Under the pieces are notes generated by a model. It worked only from the letters and a program-made list of their open reading frames with translations. It had not been told where the DNA came from and made no database searches. A stretch of 64,000 bases of DNA from Epithemia pelagica (Eukaryota > Protista > Bacillariophyta), in the NCBI GenBank assembly GCA_946965045.2, contig OX337230.1, forward strand, positions 744,001 through 808,000, given 5' to 3'. The translations under genes and the position numbers were made by a program. Below, piece after piece: positions 1 through 10,680 of this stretch; position 1 is the first letter of the stretch; every line of letters begins with the position of its first letter.

Positions 1-2
1 GG

Positions 3-1148
3 GTCAAGGCAGTTCCGAGGCTGCGAACCGATGTACGAGCCATTGCGGTCATACTAGGTTCAGAGGATCCTCCCAAGGTCCAAGTCAGGTCGGACACCAT
101 CTTTGTTGCATTATTCGGATGTGGCGATGCTTCGGGATGTGGATTCGGGGCAGCCTTCCAACTCCCTCAAAAGAAACTGTCGTATAGAGTGGGAGCATGG
201 GGAAAGGACATCGTGGTAGGTGAATCTTCCAACTGGAAGGAGTTTACCAACTGTGTAGAGTCGCTGGAGGAAGAAGCGTCCTTGGGCCATTTGGACAACA
301 CAGAAGTCTTCTTCTTCACAGACAACTCAACCGTCGAACGTTGTTTCTACAAGGGCTCATCATCAAGTCCAAAACTGCTAGAACTAGTGATCCGTCTACG
401 ACGACTAGAGATGCGCCATGCAATACGGCTGCATATCTCCCACGTATCAGGAAAGAGGATGATCGCTGTGGGAGTGGATGGCATTTCTAGAGGGCAATTG
501 AATGAGGGAGTCATGGCTGGGACTCCCATGTTATCCTATATTCCTCTTCACAAGACCCCATTCCAGATGTCCGAGAATCTGTTCGAATGGGTTCGTTCTT
601 GGTTGGGACCCAAAGCAGAAGCACTAACCCCCATGGACTGGTTCACAACAGGCCACGACATCCGGGGATGGTCCCTCCCAACAGAACATAACAAACTGTC
701 CCTGCCTATCCTTTGGCCAGGACATTTTGTGTGGGCTCCGCCTCCAGGAGCAGCTGATGTGGCTCTCGAGGAATTGAGAAAAGCACGTCACAAAAGACAA
801 TCTTCCATGCATGTTTTTCTTTGTCAACGTCTGCTTACTCCAAAATGGTATAAGCAGTTACACAAGGCATGCGATTTGGTTATGGAGATCCCTGCTGGAA
901 CTTCTTTTTGGCCTGAAGGAAATTATGAACCTCTCATCGTTGGTCTTGTTTTTCCTTTTATTAGGGCACAGCCGTGGCAATTGCGGGGCACCCCAAAAAT
1001 GTTCTCAATGGACCGCCAATTGCGCAAATTGTGGAAAGAAGATCCAGTGGGTGGAAGGGATCTTCTGCGGAAATTTTGCGTTCAGTGTTGGAAAATGCAG
1101 TCCATGTCGAAACGCATGGTGCGCAAGTTGTTATTCTTCGAACGATGA
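3..1148 (+). CDS. C-terminal part of RT/RNase H polyprotein of the YR retrotransposon, ending in a methyltransferase-like (DIRS MT) segment; 5'-partial
   Basis: Frame is open from base 3. DIRS-type RNase H motifs GDASGCGFG, SSNWKEF, FTDN and GVDGISRG. Downstream FVWAPPP...W..QL resembles the xPP motif of DIRS MT domains. Confidence 0.85.
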   Translation, partial: VKAVPRLRTDVRAIAVILGSEDPPKVQVRSDTIFVALFGCGDASGCGFGAAFQLPQKKLSYRVGAWGKDIVVGESSNWKEFTNCVESLEEEASLGHLDNTEVFFFTDNSTVERCFYKGSSSSPKLLELVIRLRRLEMRHAIRLHISHVSGKRMIAVGVDGISRGQLNEGVMAGTPMLSYIPLHKTPFQMSENLFEWVRSWLGPKAEALTPMDWFTTGHDIRGWSLPTEHNKLSLPILWPGHFVWAPPPGAADVALEELRKARHKRQSSMHVFLCQRLLTPKWYKQLHKACDLVMEIPAGTSFWPEGNYEPLIVGLVFPFIRAQPWQLRGTPKMFSMDRQLRKLWKEDPVGGRDLLRKFCVQCWKMQSMSKRMVRKLLFFER

Positions 1149-2535
1149 GGGTCGGTTCTTTGTGGCTTCCAGGAACTTGATGGTGGAAGAGTCGGACGCG
1201 GACCGGATCGTAGCAGCCACTTGGAGAGCGCGTACAAAGGACCGACGAGAAGATTATAGTCATGCACGAGCGGGTGATCACTTGATGACCCCTTTCGAGT
1301 GTGATTGGTGCATCTTTCGAAAGTTGAGAGGTGAGGAACCGGACCCGAAAAGCGTGCAAGACAAGTACTTGATGGTGTGTGTGAGACGCATGAATCTCGA
1401 TGCATTTTGGAGTCGGGCAACAAGCACGGTTGCGCAAAACACTAGAAATGCTAAAAAGATGATTGAGAAGTCAATGAAAGTGGGAATCCCTTATGGACCG
1501 TTCATGAGCCATGGCCCGTTCCCGAGTTACGATCATTGTGGGTACCAAGTGGCATATTTGATGTTGGACAGTTCGTTGGACGAAGGAAAGTATCATACGG
1601 ATAGAAAGCAATTTGACACCATCCGGAAATTTCGATCGGTGTACTCCAATCACGTGAGAGCAACACCGGCCACTTTGGTTGATAATCGACCCCTGGTTTT
1701 GACGGACAATAATGGGAAAGCATTCTCTCGGTTGGGCCAAGACGAGAGCGGATCATTATGGTTTTCAAGATTTGTTGAAGGTTGTCGCCGACGGATGGGC
1801 CAAGACTGGCGCCCGGACCAAGCAATATCTAGCGAGTTGGTTGTTGCGTTGCTGGGTTCCTTGGAAGAAGAATTGAGGCACGCAAACAATGTGACGGACC
1901 CATTTGTGACGGTTATGGCGGGAACCTTTTATGCTGTGTCTTTCGCTTTGTCCTTGAGAGGGCCGGAAGGGCTGCTCCTTGATTTAGGAGCCATGACTCG
2001 ATATGCAGATCTTTACAAGGACCGGGATTGCGTGGTGGTTTGTCTTTGGGGCCAATTCAAAGGCGAGCATTCTGAACGGGCTCATCTCCTCCCCTGCTGC
2101 AATGTAACAGGGAGTGGAATCAAAGTTCGCCAATGGTTGAACAGAGCAATGGTCTTGTCTCGGGACATTGGACGAACGACTGGGCCGTTGATGATGGATC
2201 GAAAGGGTGTACCCATCGCGCCACGAATGCTGGATGACATCCTGCATCGACATTTGTGCAAACTTTTCGACAACGATAAAAACCTTTTTCCTCTGACTGT
2301 CATCAAAGGGGAAGAGGACATCGTCACAAAATACTTTGTGTTCCGATCTTTCAGACGGGGTTCGAATACAAGAGCAAAAGAGGTGGGCGTCGAGCAGCCA
2401 GACCTTGAAACTGTCAACCGATGGAGAATAAAGGAGAGAGCAGGAGCCAATAAACCAGGCGGGGCCATTGACCACATGTATGCAGACCTGTCGATGCTTG
2501 TGGGGCCGTTTCTCCGGTACAGTTCTGCAATGTGA
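811..2535 (+). CDS. Tyrosine recombinase of the retrotransposon, with Cys-rich N-terminus
   Basis: Motifs LRGPEG (Arg-I), FKG, RSFRRG (box II), NRWR and terminal YAD (catalytic Tyr). Overlaps the RNase H ORF over 811-1148. Start codon uncertain. Confidence 0.85.
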   Translation: MFFFVNVCLLQNGISSYTRHAIWLWRSLLELLFGLKEIMNLSSLVLFFLLLGHSRGNCGAPQKCSQWTANCANCGKKIQWVEGIFCGNFAFSVGKCSPCRNAWCASCYSSNDEGRFFVASRNLMVEESDADRIVAATWRARTKDRREDYSHARAGDHLMTPFECDWCIFRKLRGEEPDPKSVQDKYLMVCVRRMNLDAFWSRATSTVAQNTRNAKKMIEKSMKVGIPYGPFMSHGPFPSYDHCGYQVAYLMLDSSLDEGKYHTDRKQFDTIRKFRSVYSNHVRATPATLVDNRPLVLTDNNGKAFSRLGQDESGSLWFSRFVEGCRRRMGQDWRPDQAISSELVVALLGSLEEELRHANNVTDPFVTVMAGTFYAVSFALSLRGPEGLLLDLGAMTRYADLYKDRDCVVVCLWGQFKGEHSERAHLLPCCNVTGSGIKVRQWLNRAMVLSRDIGRTTGPLMMDRKGVPIAPRMLDDILHRHLCKLFDNDKNLFPLTVIKGEEDIVTKYFVFRSFRRGSNTRAKEVGVEQPDLETVNRWRIKERAGANKPGGAIDHMYADLSMLVGPFLRYSSAM

Positions 2536-2563
2536 CGACCAAACCAAGATTCTCGGTGGAGGG

Positions 2564-2983
2564 GGTTTCTGGAACTGGCAAGTTGCGTTGAGGCTGACAT
2601 GGCAAGGCCTCTTCGCTTCTTGTCCATTAGAGAGAGAGTTTGAGCCGATTGCGTCCCCTGTCCGTTTCCGCCTTTGCGATTGCATGGTGCAACCTGATCG
2701 CGTTGGTGGGCCACAAGCGGATCCAACAGGAGTCTTGATTTGGGTCTTTCTTTTTGTTCTTTTGGGCCGGTTCCCCTGTCTGAGCATTATGCCAGATCGG
2801 ACCCTGAGTGGTGAAGGATTACCCTTCCCCCCACAACACAACCTAAACTAGAGTTTACGGTTGCGAGAATCTAATGAGATAAGTTTATGATTTGATTCTG
2901 CTGTTTGTCTTTGTGTTTGCGCGAGAGAAAGGGATCCTGAGGTTGGATGGCGACATGGTGGGTGCTGAGCAGGGTTTGCGAGT
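2564..2983 (+). repeat. Split direct repeat B1 (420 bp)
   Basis: Identical to 3522-3941 except one substitution seen (ggttgcgag vs ggtggcgag); offset 958 bp. Confidence 0.95.
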
Positions 2984-3521
2984 GCCCTCAATGTACACCC
3001 AAGTTAAGATGGGACCAAGGAACATGGTCAGGCCACGTCATGAAGTCTGAGCATTGGCGTTGGAGTGCAAGTCGGGCGGTCCACCCAAAAGAAGAGCCGG
3101 CCTCGCTGTCACACAAAGAATGAGGCAGAACGGGCGCGCAACTCGGAAGAGGAAATTCCAAAAAGAACATGTGCATCCCATCTACTGCGACAAAGCCTCT
3201 TCCATTCCATATCTCAAAGTGGACTGCCTCCAAATAGAGGATCGTCCGATTCAAGAGGCATGGGCACTCTTGAATCAAACAACAATGCGCCAACAATGGA
3301 TCCCTAATGGAGCGCGACATGCGATCCATGACAAACAAGCAAAGACGCAGCAAACAAAACAAGAGGGACACGGAGAGCTCACTCTTTGGGTTTTCTACGG
3401 TTCGTCGGCGAAGGTCTGATCCCCTTTGGCGCCGTTCTTGATTTCTAAAGAGTTGAAACTCCAACTTTCGTGGGTACGGATAGTACCCATTTCTTCTTTT
3501 TTTTCCCTCCCTTCCCACCCT
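2984..3521 (+). other. Inter-repeat segment, predicted A2 copy of the element's 5' terminal repeat
   Basis: Lies between B1 and B2 as in A1-ORFs-B1-A2-B2 elements. A1 is outside the window, so this is unverified. Confidence 0.55.
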
Positions 3522-3941
3522 GGTTTCTGGAACTGGCAAGTTGCGTTGAGGCTGACATGGCAAGGCCTCTTCGCTTCTTGTCCATTAGAGAGAGAGTTTG
3601 AGCCGATTGCGTCCCCTGTCCGTTTCCGCCTTTGCGATTGCATGGTGCAACCTGATCGCGTTGGTGGGCCACAAGCGGATCCAACAGGAGTCTTGATTTG
3701 GGTCTTTCTTTTTGTTCTTTTGGGCCGGTTCCCCTGTCTGAGCATTATGCCAGATCGGACCCTGAGTGGTGAAGGATTACCCTTCCCCCCACAACACAAC
3801 CTAAACTAGAGTTTACGGTGGCGAGAATCTAATGAGATAAGTTTATGATTTGATTCTGCTGTTTGTCTTTGTGTTTGCGCGAGAGAAAGGGATCCTGAGG
3901 TTGGATGGCGACATGGTGGGTGCTGAGCAGGGTTTGCGAGT
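3522..3941 (+). repeat. Split direct repeat B2 (420 bp), element 3' end
   Basis: Copy of 2564-2983; identity ends after ...gtttgcgagt. Confidence 0.95.
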
Positions 3942-4075
3942 TCCCGTGGGCAACAGCAAAAACGTGAACATTATTATTGCCCCAGCTGCGATAAAGATTG
4001 TACAAGAAGTACTCTACCGAGTCATGACTCCTGACTCCTGACTGCTGCTAGGACTGGACTACTCTCGATAATCTA

Positions 4076-4332
4076 CTCTAGTGCCTCCTAGGGGGAAGTG
4101 CCCAGGACGCCTAGTTTGTGCCCCTTTGGCACAAACTTTAGCTACATGTAACTTCATCAAAAATGGTCGTATGACCACATGCTGGTGCTCAATCTTGAGC
4201 CCAAAAGGGTCTTCTTTCGAGCGCCAACCACCCCCCGGCCCCAATCCTAGTAGGTATGGATCTAGAAATCGATTTCCGAGAACCATTTTTGTCGCTTGGC
4301 ACAGTTTGGCACAGTTTGGCACAGTTTGGCAC
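4076..4332. repeat. Left TIR of piggyBac-like element, with inner 10-bp tandem repeat (TTTGGCACAG)
   Basis: Reverse complement of 9467-9735 with few mismatches, mostly in the outer 25 bp. Confidence 0.93.
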
Positions 4333-4425
4333 ACTTGTTTTCATGGCATTGCATTGCCAAATGGCATCTGTTGATTGTACAAATAGATAGGAAACAGTAA
4401 TAACATGAATAGAGAGCTATAGAGT

Positions 4426-4959
4426 TCATTGTGTGCGCTGTTCGATGATGTTGAAATGAAACTCGGGAGCATCTTGTTGCGTCTCCGCAAACTCAAAGGA
4501 AAGGTTGCTTTCCACTCCAACTGAGCTGGCAAAGCTCTTGCGATGGGAGCACGGCTCGATTGCTTCAAAATCCATGCAGGAGTTGTTTTCTTTGTTGTTG
4601 TTTTGTGCTGGGCTCGGTTCTCCACCCATTGATTCATCACTTTCAGGAGACAGAACTTGGACGACCTCCATTTTTCCAAATGAAACTCGTCCACGAGGAG
4701 TCTTCACTTCCACATTGCCCACATTGCCTTCTTTGTTCACAACAGTCATCTTCTTCTCATCAACTCCTTTGTTTGTCTTCTTCTGTTTCTTCTTTGTCTT
4801 CTTCTTCACGATGACAACAGGTGCAGGCTTGGAGGGAGCTGCCATGGAGCCACCATCGTACCGGTCGGCCAAGCCCACAGAGGACGATGACATCTGCATC
4901 TGCTGAAGCTTGCTCTTGTTGCGCAAGCTGATGCGCCTACCATTGATCATCTCGGACAT
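4426..4959 (-). CDS. Second ORF inside the piggyBac-like element, unknown function (Lys-rich patch, ~177 aa)
   Basis: ATG-initiated ORF (MSEMINGRR...) with KKKTKKKQKK. A TATA-like ctatatag lies ~270 bp upstream. No recognisable domain. Confidence 0.4.
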   Translation of the reverse strand: MSEMINGRRISLRNKSKLQQMQMSSSSVGLADRYDGGSMAAPSKPAPVVIVKKKTKKKQKKTNKGVDEKKMTVVNKEGNVGNVEVKTPRGRVSFGKMEVVQVLSPESDESMGGEPSPAQNNNKENNSCMDFEAIEPCSHRKSFASSVGVESNLSFEFAETQQDAPEFHFNIIEQRTQ

Positions 4960-5599
4960 TGTTGATTGTTGATCTTTGTGCACGGGCTGATTGTCATGTT
5001 TGGAGAAGCGGCGGACAAGTGATCAACAGTCACGAGTTCTCAAAAAAGTGTGACACATGAACGCGCACCACGCCTGTCGGAAGCAGATTATGGCGCAAGA
5101 CACAAAACACAAGGCGATATGACAAATGACAATCAAACAAACCACTTAGCCATCACAACTCATTCTCATTCTCGTATTTTGCATTTCGCCAGCTCTTCGT
5201 GTTCTCGTGTAAGTTCTTCTTGGAGCTATATAGAGAGAAGAAGATTAGTAGACAAGCAACTGCAGTTCCACTCACCCTCTTTTCTCTCCAGTTCTAACAA
5301 TGCAGACACCCAAGGAAGTCAATACTCTCCCCAAGCAATTCACAACTTGACGTGATGTTGGACAGAACCTCCCATGCCAGGGGTTCTCTGTTTCCATCTT
5401 CGGAGATTCTGGGGTGAACATTCATATTAAGCCCGGCCATCAAGACGACGGGTACGATGGGCGCCTCATCGTTGATCGTGGCGTTGTGCTTGTTCAACGC
5501 TCCTACTCGTCCGACACAAACAACAATGCAATCTCCATTCGTGGCTTTGCTCGTGGAAAGGACGACGATCACTTTCCCGAGCTTATCATCCCCATCACA

Positions 5600-8500
5600 T
5601 CAATTGCAAATGCGCTCAAATCCACCCTCGTGTCGTCGCCGAGTGGATCCACGGTAAAGGGCAAGATTGTGATCAAGACAACGCATTCGTTGAATACGTT
5701 GATTACAATGGAGCCGATGACCATCACAATCAAAATGCTGGTTGTGGACGTCAATGACGTTGGAACAACCAAAGTACTTCGAGAGGCAGCTTGGGCGTGG
5801 GACGCGTCTCTCCCGAATGTTGCCGTGTTCATCCGGGAAACGTGCCACATACGGACGACCAGGCACTGTGCTTCCTGCATTTTTCGACATCAAAAACAAG
5901 AGCACTTTTGTTGCATTATATTTATATCCAATTGCACGCAGCTCCACGTTGGTGGCTGGAGCTGTGCAACCCAAAACCAAGTAGGAGCCTGAAGGATACT
6001 CCTTCATTTCCTGGACAAGCTCGTCATGAGGAAAGAATCCACTGTTTGTCTTGATTGAGCAAACAACTTCCGGAGAATTGTGGTTGTTGCCTTTGGCTTT
6101 GTCGACCTCGAGCGAGTAGTTTCGTGGATCCGACGGCACTGGAATCTTGGGCTGGCTCCACAAGCACTTGAGTGCTTCCACCATTCGGACTGATCCAAAC
6201 CAGGAGTCCGCACAGACGATGTAGCGGTCTCCTCCACCCAGTGCCTGATTTTCCGATCCTTCAATCAACCGGAGCGTGGTCGCCGCCGTGACTGAGCCAG
6301 CTTCCGAAGTGAACTTGAGCTTCCTCATTGGATCCTTACCTTCTTGAATCTCAAGAAAGGTAAGGCATCCAATCTCTGCATCTGCGACCGCCTGTGAAAG
6401 ACAGCAGTGAGAATACCTTCGGAGAAGCTGTATCATTGTACAACAAGAGTACACTTAACTTCAGTTCTGTCCCAAGCGGTTTTGGTTTCCGCAGGACAAA
6501 TGTGATGTGAGGAAGACTTGAGGAAGGAGTGGTGCGAGGCTGGAAGGCACTCATGCACTCGTCCACAACTTTCCTGGCAGAAGCTTCAACCGTCGAACGA
6601 CGGTTTTCATTGAAACCATCAATCGACGAGCAAATTGGGTTCCATTTGTCATCTTCAACGGTCCCAGCGAATGCATGGTGCACATGGGCCTTTATCTGTT
6701 TGAACCGATCTTGGGACATCACTCCCATCGCGTTGTCTCCTGTACTCCCAAGGTTGATGCTGGGAGCAAACTGGCGAGGAGAAGGGTTGTCAAACAGATT
6801 CTTCCCGCTCTGGTTTGCGGGGCAAGAACCAATCATGATGCCCCAGACTTTCCACCACTCACTCGGAGAGACAAGACAAACCTTTCGCTTCTTGCGGTTT
6901 TTGTTATTATTCTTATCTATGTGGACGTTGAGATTGTTAAGTTGCTTCTTCCACTTTCCTGCAAAACACACAACAAGAACAAAAGTGAGTCCACTTTGTC
7001 ATAACAACGGATCAAACAATCAACCAGGTGGACTTACCGGGCCACACATGCATGAGCAACCTCATGTATGGAAAGTCGTAAGACTCCGGAGGTGCCAGAA
7101 CATTTTGGCTCTCGAATGACTTTTCAAAGTCAAAGCCAATGATCCCTGTCGTATCTTTGGGAGGCACTGGGTCGTCAGGCTCCGAGTCGCCCATAATCTT
7201 CCATGAGAAAACACGGTCGTCATGGAGCTTTTGAAGCGATGTTCCTGGAATTCCAGGTTTGGCAAACTCTTTTCCATCAAAGAGAACAGTCCACAGTTTG
7301 CGCCTGGTCTCGTTGCCTTCTTCACCCGGAAGAATCTGCCCGACCACCGTGCCAAATTGAGGATCGATGCGCTTGTTTTCGCGAACGCGATCTCCAATCG
7401 CAATGCCGGTGCGTGAGGGCTGGACTTCGACAGTCCATCCACTTTCGATCAAATCCTCACGTCGCTTCTCGTACATTTCGCGCCTTTGCTCGTAGCCGTT
7501 TGCTCGCTCCATCTCTATCTCACATGCAAGCGCAGCCGCGTTTGGGTCGAGGACATTGTCGTCCTCAGGGAGAGCGAAGTTGTTTAGTACATCTTCGCTC
7601 TCTTCGGCAACGTTGATCGACCCGCCGTTGTCTTCTTCCAGCAATTCGTGCTGGTTTGCAGTGCCGTTGTCCCCAGCGTCGTCGTCACTACTATCATCGA
7701 TGAGCACTTCATTGCGAAGCTGCTCATGATCGTCCTCGTAATCGTCTTGGTGGATCAATGGAGCCTCGTCATCCGATTCGACGACATACTCCTGATGCCT
7801 GTGCTTATCAACCAACAGATGAACCTCCACTGTTGGTGAAGTGACGTTGTTGTTGTTACGACGAAGCATTGTTGGTGGTGGCGGGGTGGATACCTCCGGC
7901 TCTTCACTCTCTTCTCGCTCATCTTCATTGGTTGCGGTTGTTGTGACGTTGGTGGTTGCATCAGTCCTCGTCTCAACCCCATTCATTTGAATCGCGTTGT
8001 TGTTGTTGTTGGCGGTGGTGACATCATTGCGGCTGTTGTTGTGGGTGATGTTGCTGTGGGCGGTGGTGGCGACATTGCCGTTGTTGTTGTTTGCCGTGGT
8101 GGTGATGGTGTTTGCCATGTTGTTGTTGTTGTTGATCATGTTGGTGGCAGTGTTGTTGTTGTTGGCAGTGGTGGTGGCATTGCGGTTGGAGGTGGTGATG
8201 GCGGTGTTGTTGGCGGTGATGACATTGTGGTTGGTGTTGTTGTTGTTGGTGGTGGTGGTCGTGGTCGTGGTGGTGTTGTTGTTGGTGGTGGTAGTCGCGA
8301 CACTGTGGTTGGCGGTGGTGACATTACGGTTGACGTTGTTGTTGTGGGTGGTGGTGGTGGTGGTGACATTGCGGTTGGCGGTGGTGATATTGTGGTTGGC
8401 GGTGTTGTTGTTGTTGGTGGTGGTGGTGTCGTTGGTGGTGGTGACATTGCGGTTGGCAGTGTTATTGTTGTGGGTGGTGGTGGTGGTAGTGGTGACGTTG

Positions 8501-8656
8501 TTGTTGTTTGTGTTGTTTGTGTTGTTGTTGATGATGGTGGTGACGTTGTTGTTGGTAGTGTTGGTGACATGATTGCGGGTGGTGTTGGTGACATTGCGGG
8601 TGGCAGTGTTGTTGGCAGCGTTGTTGTTGGCAGTGTTGGTGACATTGCGGTTGTTG

Positions 8657-8707
<51 letters not shown>

Positions 8708-8997
8708 GTGATGGTGGTGGTGACGTTGTTGTTCGGGGTGGTCATATTGTTTACAGTGTTGTTGGTGTTGCTGCTGGTGCGCTCCTGTTCTCCAGGAAAT
8801 GACTCGTCCAAATAGGGCCAACGAAGTTGCTGAGACGATTTGGTCTCGCGTCGTCCAGTCCTGATTCCAGTGGTTTTATCCACAAACTCAACCTCCCAAT
8901 GATGCTTTTCCGTAGGTCCGAAAATAATCACAGGAACATTCCCGCGCTTCACAAACACCTTGGATCCAGTGGTAAGACGTTTCGACGACGGTGCCAT
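5600..8997 (-). pseudogene. piggyBac-like transposase, spliced (introns 6959-7037 and 6392-6458), probably defective
   Basis: Exon joins restore HVWPG|KWKKQ and GTELK|AVADAEIGC. The second donor reads TTAAGT instead of GTAAGT. I see no recognisable transposase C-terminus after VIDVHNQ. Confidence 0.75.
7830..8770 (-). repeat. Low-complexity AAC/ACC-rich coding tract (Asn/Thr-rich) with a (GCT)n run
   Basis: Degenerate triplet repeats; recurrent peptide TANRNVTT; poly-Ser run from (gct)n near 8665-8703. Confidence 0.9.
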
Positions 8998-9466
8998 GAT
9001 GGATGACTCTTCTCTCTCTTTTCTCTCGCTCTTGCTCTCTCCGAACTCTGAACAACAAACTTGAACGATTTCAATCTCGCTCTCTGGTTTATTGTGGCAT
9101 CCTCTGTGTTGTCGTTCGCCATACTTCAGCATCGTCCTTTCCCCGGGAACGTCGTTTTCGAATCCCCTTGGTCCCTATAGGGAATGGATCATTCAAACAT
9201 TGCTTGTTGGTTGTCGGCTTTCTTGTGTGCTTCTGTATGTGTCATCCAAAAATCTTCTGCTTCCGAGTTTCCCCCATGCGCCAAAAAAAGGCCGATGTGC
9301 GCGCAAATAACGTCACGAGTGCAACAACGTACCGTATTTCATGGCCAACGGACATCAACGGCCTCATGGATCGTGGGAACCTCATCCTTCCAGTCTTACA
9401 AAGTTCCCAACTACCAACAGACATGATCCGTCGAGTAGAAATAAGCTAGTCAAGAGATGATCCCAA

Positions 9467-9735
9467 CTGTGCCAAACTGTGCCAAACTGTGCCAAACTGT
9501 GCCAAACTGTGCCACGCGACAAAAATGGTTCTCGGAAATCGATTTCTAGATCCATACCCACTAGGATTGGGGCCGGGGGGTGGTTGGCGCTCGAAAGAAG
9601 ACCCTTTTGGGCTCAAGATTGAGCACCAGCATGTGGTCATACGACCATTTTTGATGAAGTTACATGTAGCTAAAGTTTGTGCCAAAGGGGCACAAACTAG
9701 GCGTCCTGGGCACCTCCAGCTACGAGGCACTAGTG
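9467..9735. repeat. Right TIR of piggyBac-like element, with ~5 copies of the 10-bp repeat CTGTGCCAAA
   Basis: Reverse complement of the left TIR; one to two more 10-mer copies than the left. Confidence 0.93.
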
Positions 9736-10680
9736 TATAATACGATCTATACTCCGAGGCCAACTTTATCATTTACTCCTACAATACTCCTATCACATGA
9801 CATTTACTCCTATGATCGACCCAAACACAAAAATGACAAAAGCGTCAAGCACAATTCAAAAAAGCATCACCAAAGTAGTCCGACAGAACGACTACAAGTA
9901 CAATGCTCGCATTAGGAATGATAATGATTGGACATGACGCTCAGTCATGGTTCTCGTGGAAGTAATGTTTCTGGTACAGGCATTTGTCCGTCTCTCTCGG
10001 CTGATATGAAGCTTTGGCGCCACTGTCTCGGAGCTCGTCTACTGCAATGACAAGTACGTACTCTTTAGGATCACCCTTGAGTCCGTTGCAGATGATCGAA
10101 TCTCTAGGATAATGAAAGTAGCTTCGAATGACCTCTTTCTTGTTCCCTCGATCTGTGAGTAATGTTTACTCTAGAGATCCGACTTGTTTTGAGAGAATAT
10201 GAGTCCCAAGTTCGACCTGTTTACCCATGTACAACGGCGCTCTTGTCCATCGTCTCTTTCCCTTGTTCGGTGAGGAGGAGGAGAACGCGCGACTAATGCA
10301 GAAAATTTTGGGGGAGTTCTCATTCTCTTGTCTGCGTACACTCCCCAGAGTTAAAATATGAATTCATTCATTGTCAGATTTTCAATAAATTTAGTGTCAC
10401 TACGGGGAGTACTCCCCCTCCCCCCGAAACGAGAACCATTCGGGTTATATTACTCGTATCTTTCCTTGGCTTCATGTCATCGACCTTTCATCGATCAAAC
10501 AGGAAGCAGTTCCAAGACGTTCCTACTCATGAGCTCAACTCCCATTCATCTCATCCATGCATTGCCAAATCACGGACGAAGCATGCTCACAATTGTTTCA
10601 TCTCCTTATTCCATTTTCCTGTGAGAGGGAGAAAGAAAACCTGCTTTCAAGAATACTGCTTGTCATCCTTGTCCTCGACG

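Larger units (their letters stand above)
1..3941 (+). mobile_element. Tyrosine-recombinase (DIRS-order) retrotransposon, 3' part, with split direct repeats (PAT/Ngaro-type B1-A2-B2 terminus); 5' part lies outside the window
   Basis: RNase H ORF overlapped in another frame by a tyrosine recombinase ORF, followed by a 420-bp direct repeat (2564-2983 = 3522-3941) separated by 538 bp. Confidence 0.88.
4076..9735 (-). mobile_element. piggyBac-like (DDE_Tnp_1_7/IS4-fold) DNA transposon, 5660 bp, TA target duplication
   Basis: Inverted repeats at both ends (TA|CTCTAGTGCCTC... and ...GAGGCACTAGTG|TA). Internal minus-strand transposase with VVDECM, RKPKPLGTELK, CADSWFGS and VIDVHNQ motifs. Confidence 0.85.

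Noticed and set aside
3054-3419. ORF in the A2 segment and identical ORFs in B1/B2
   Set aside because: No recognisable motifs; they lie in terminal repeats and are duplicated only because the repeat is.
7987-8821. Long overlapping ORFs (poly-V/G, L/V, T/P, Q/H)
   Set aside because: Stop-free by-products of the AAC/ACC triplet tract in the transposase exon.
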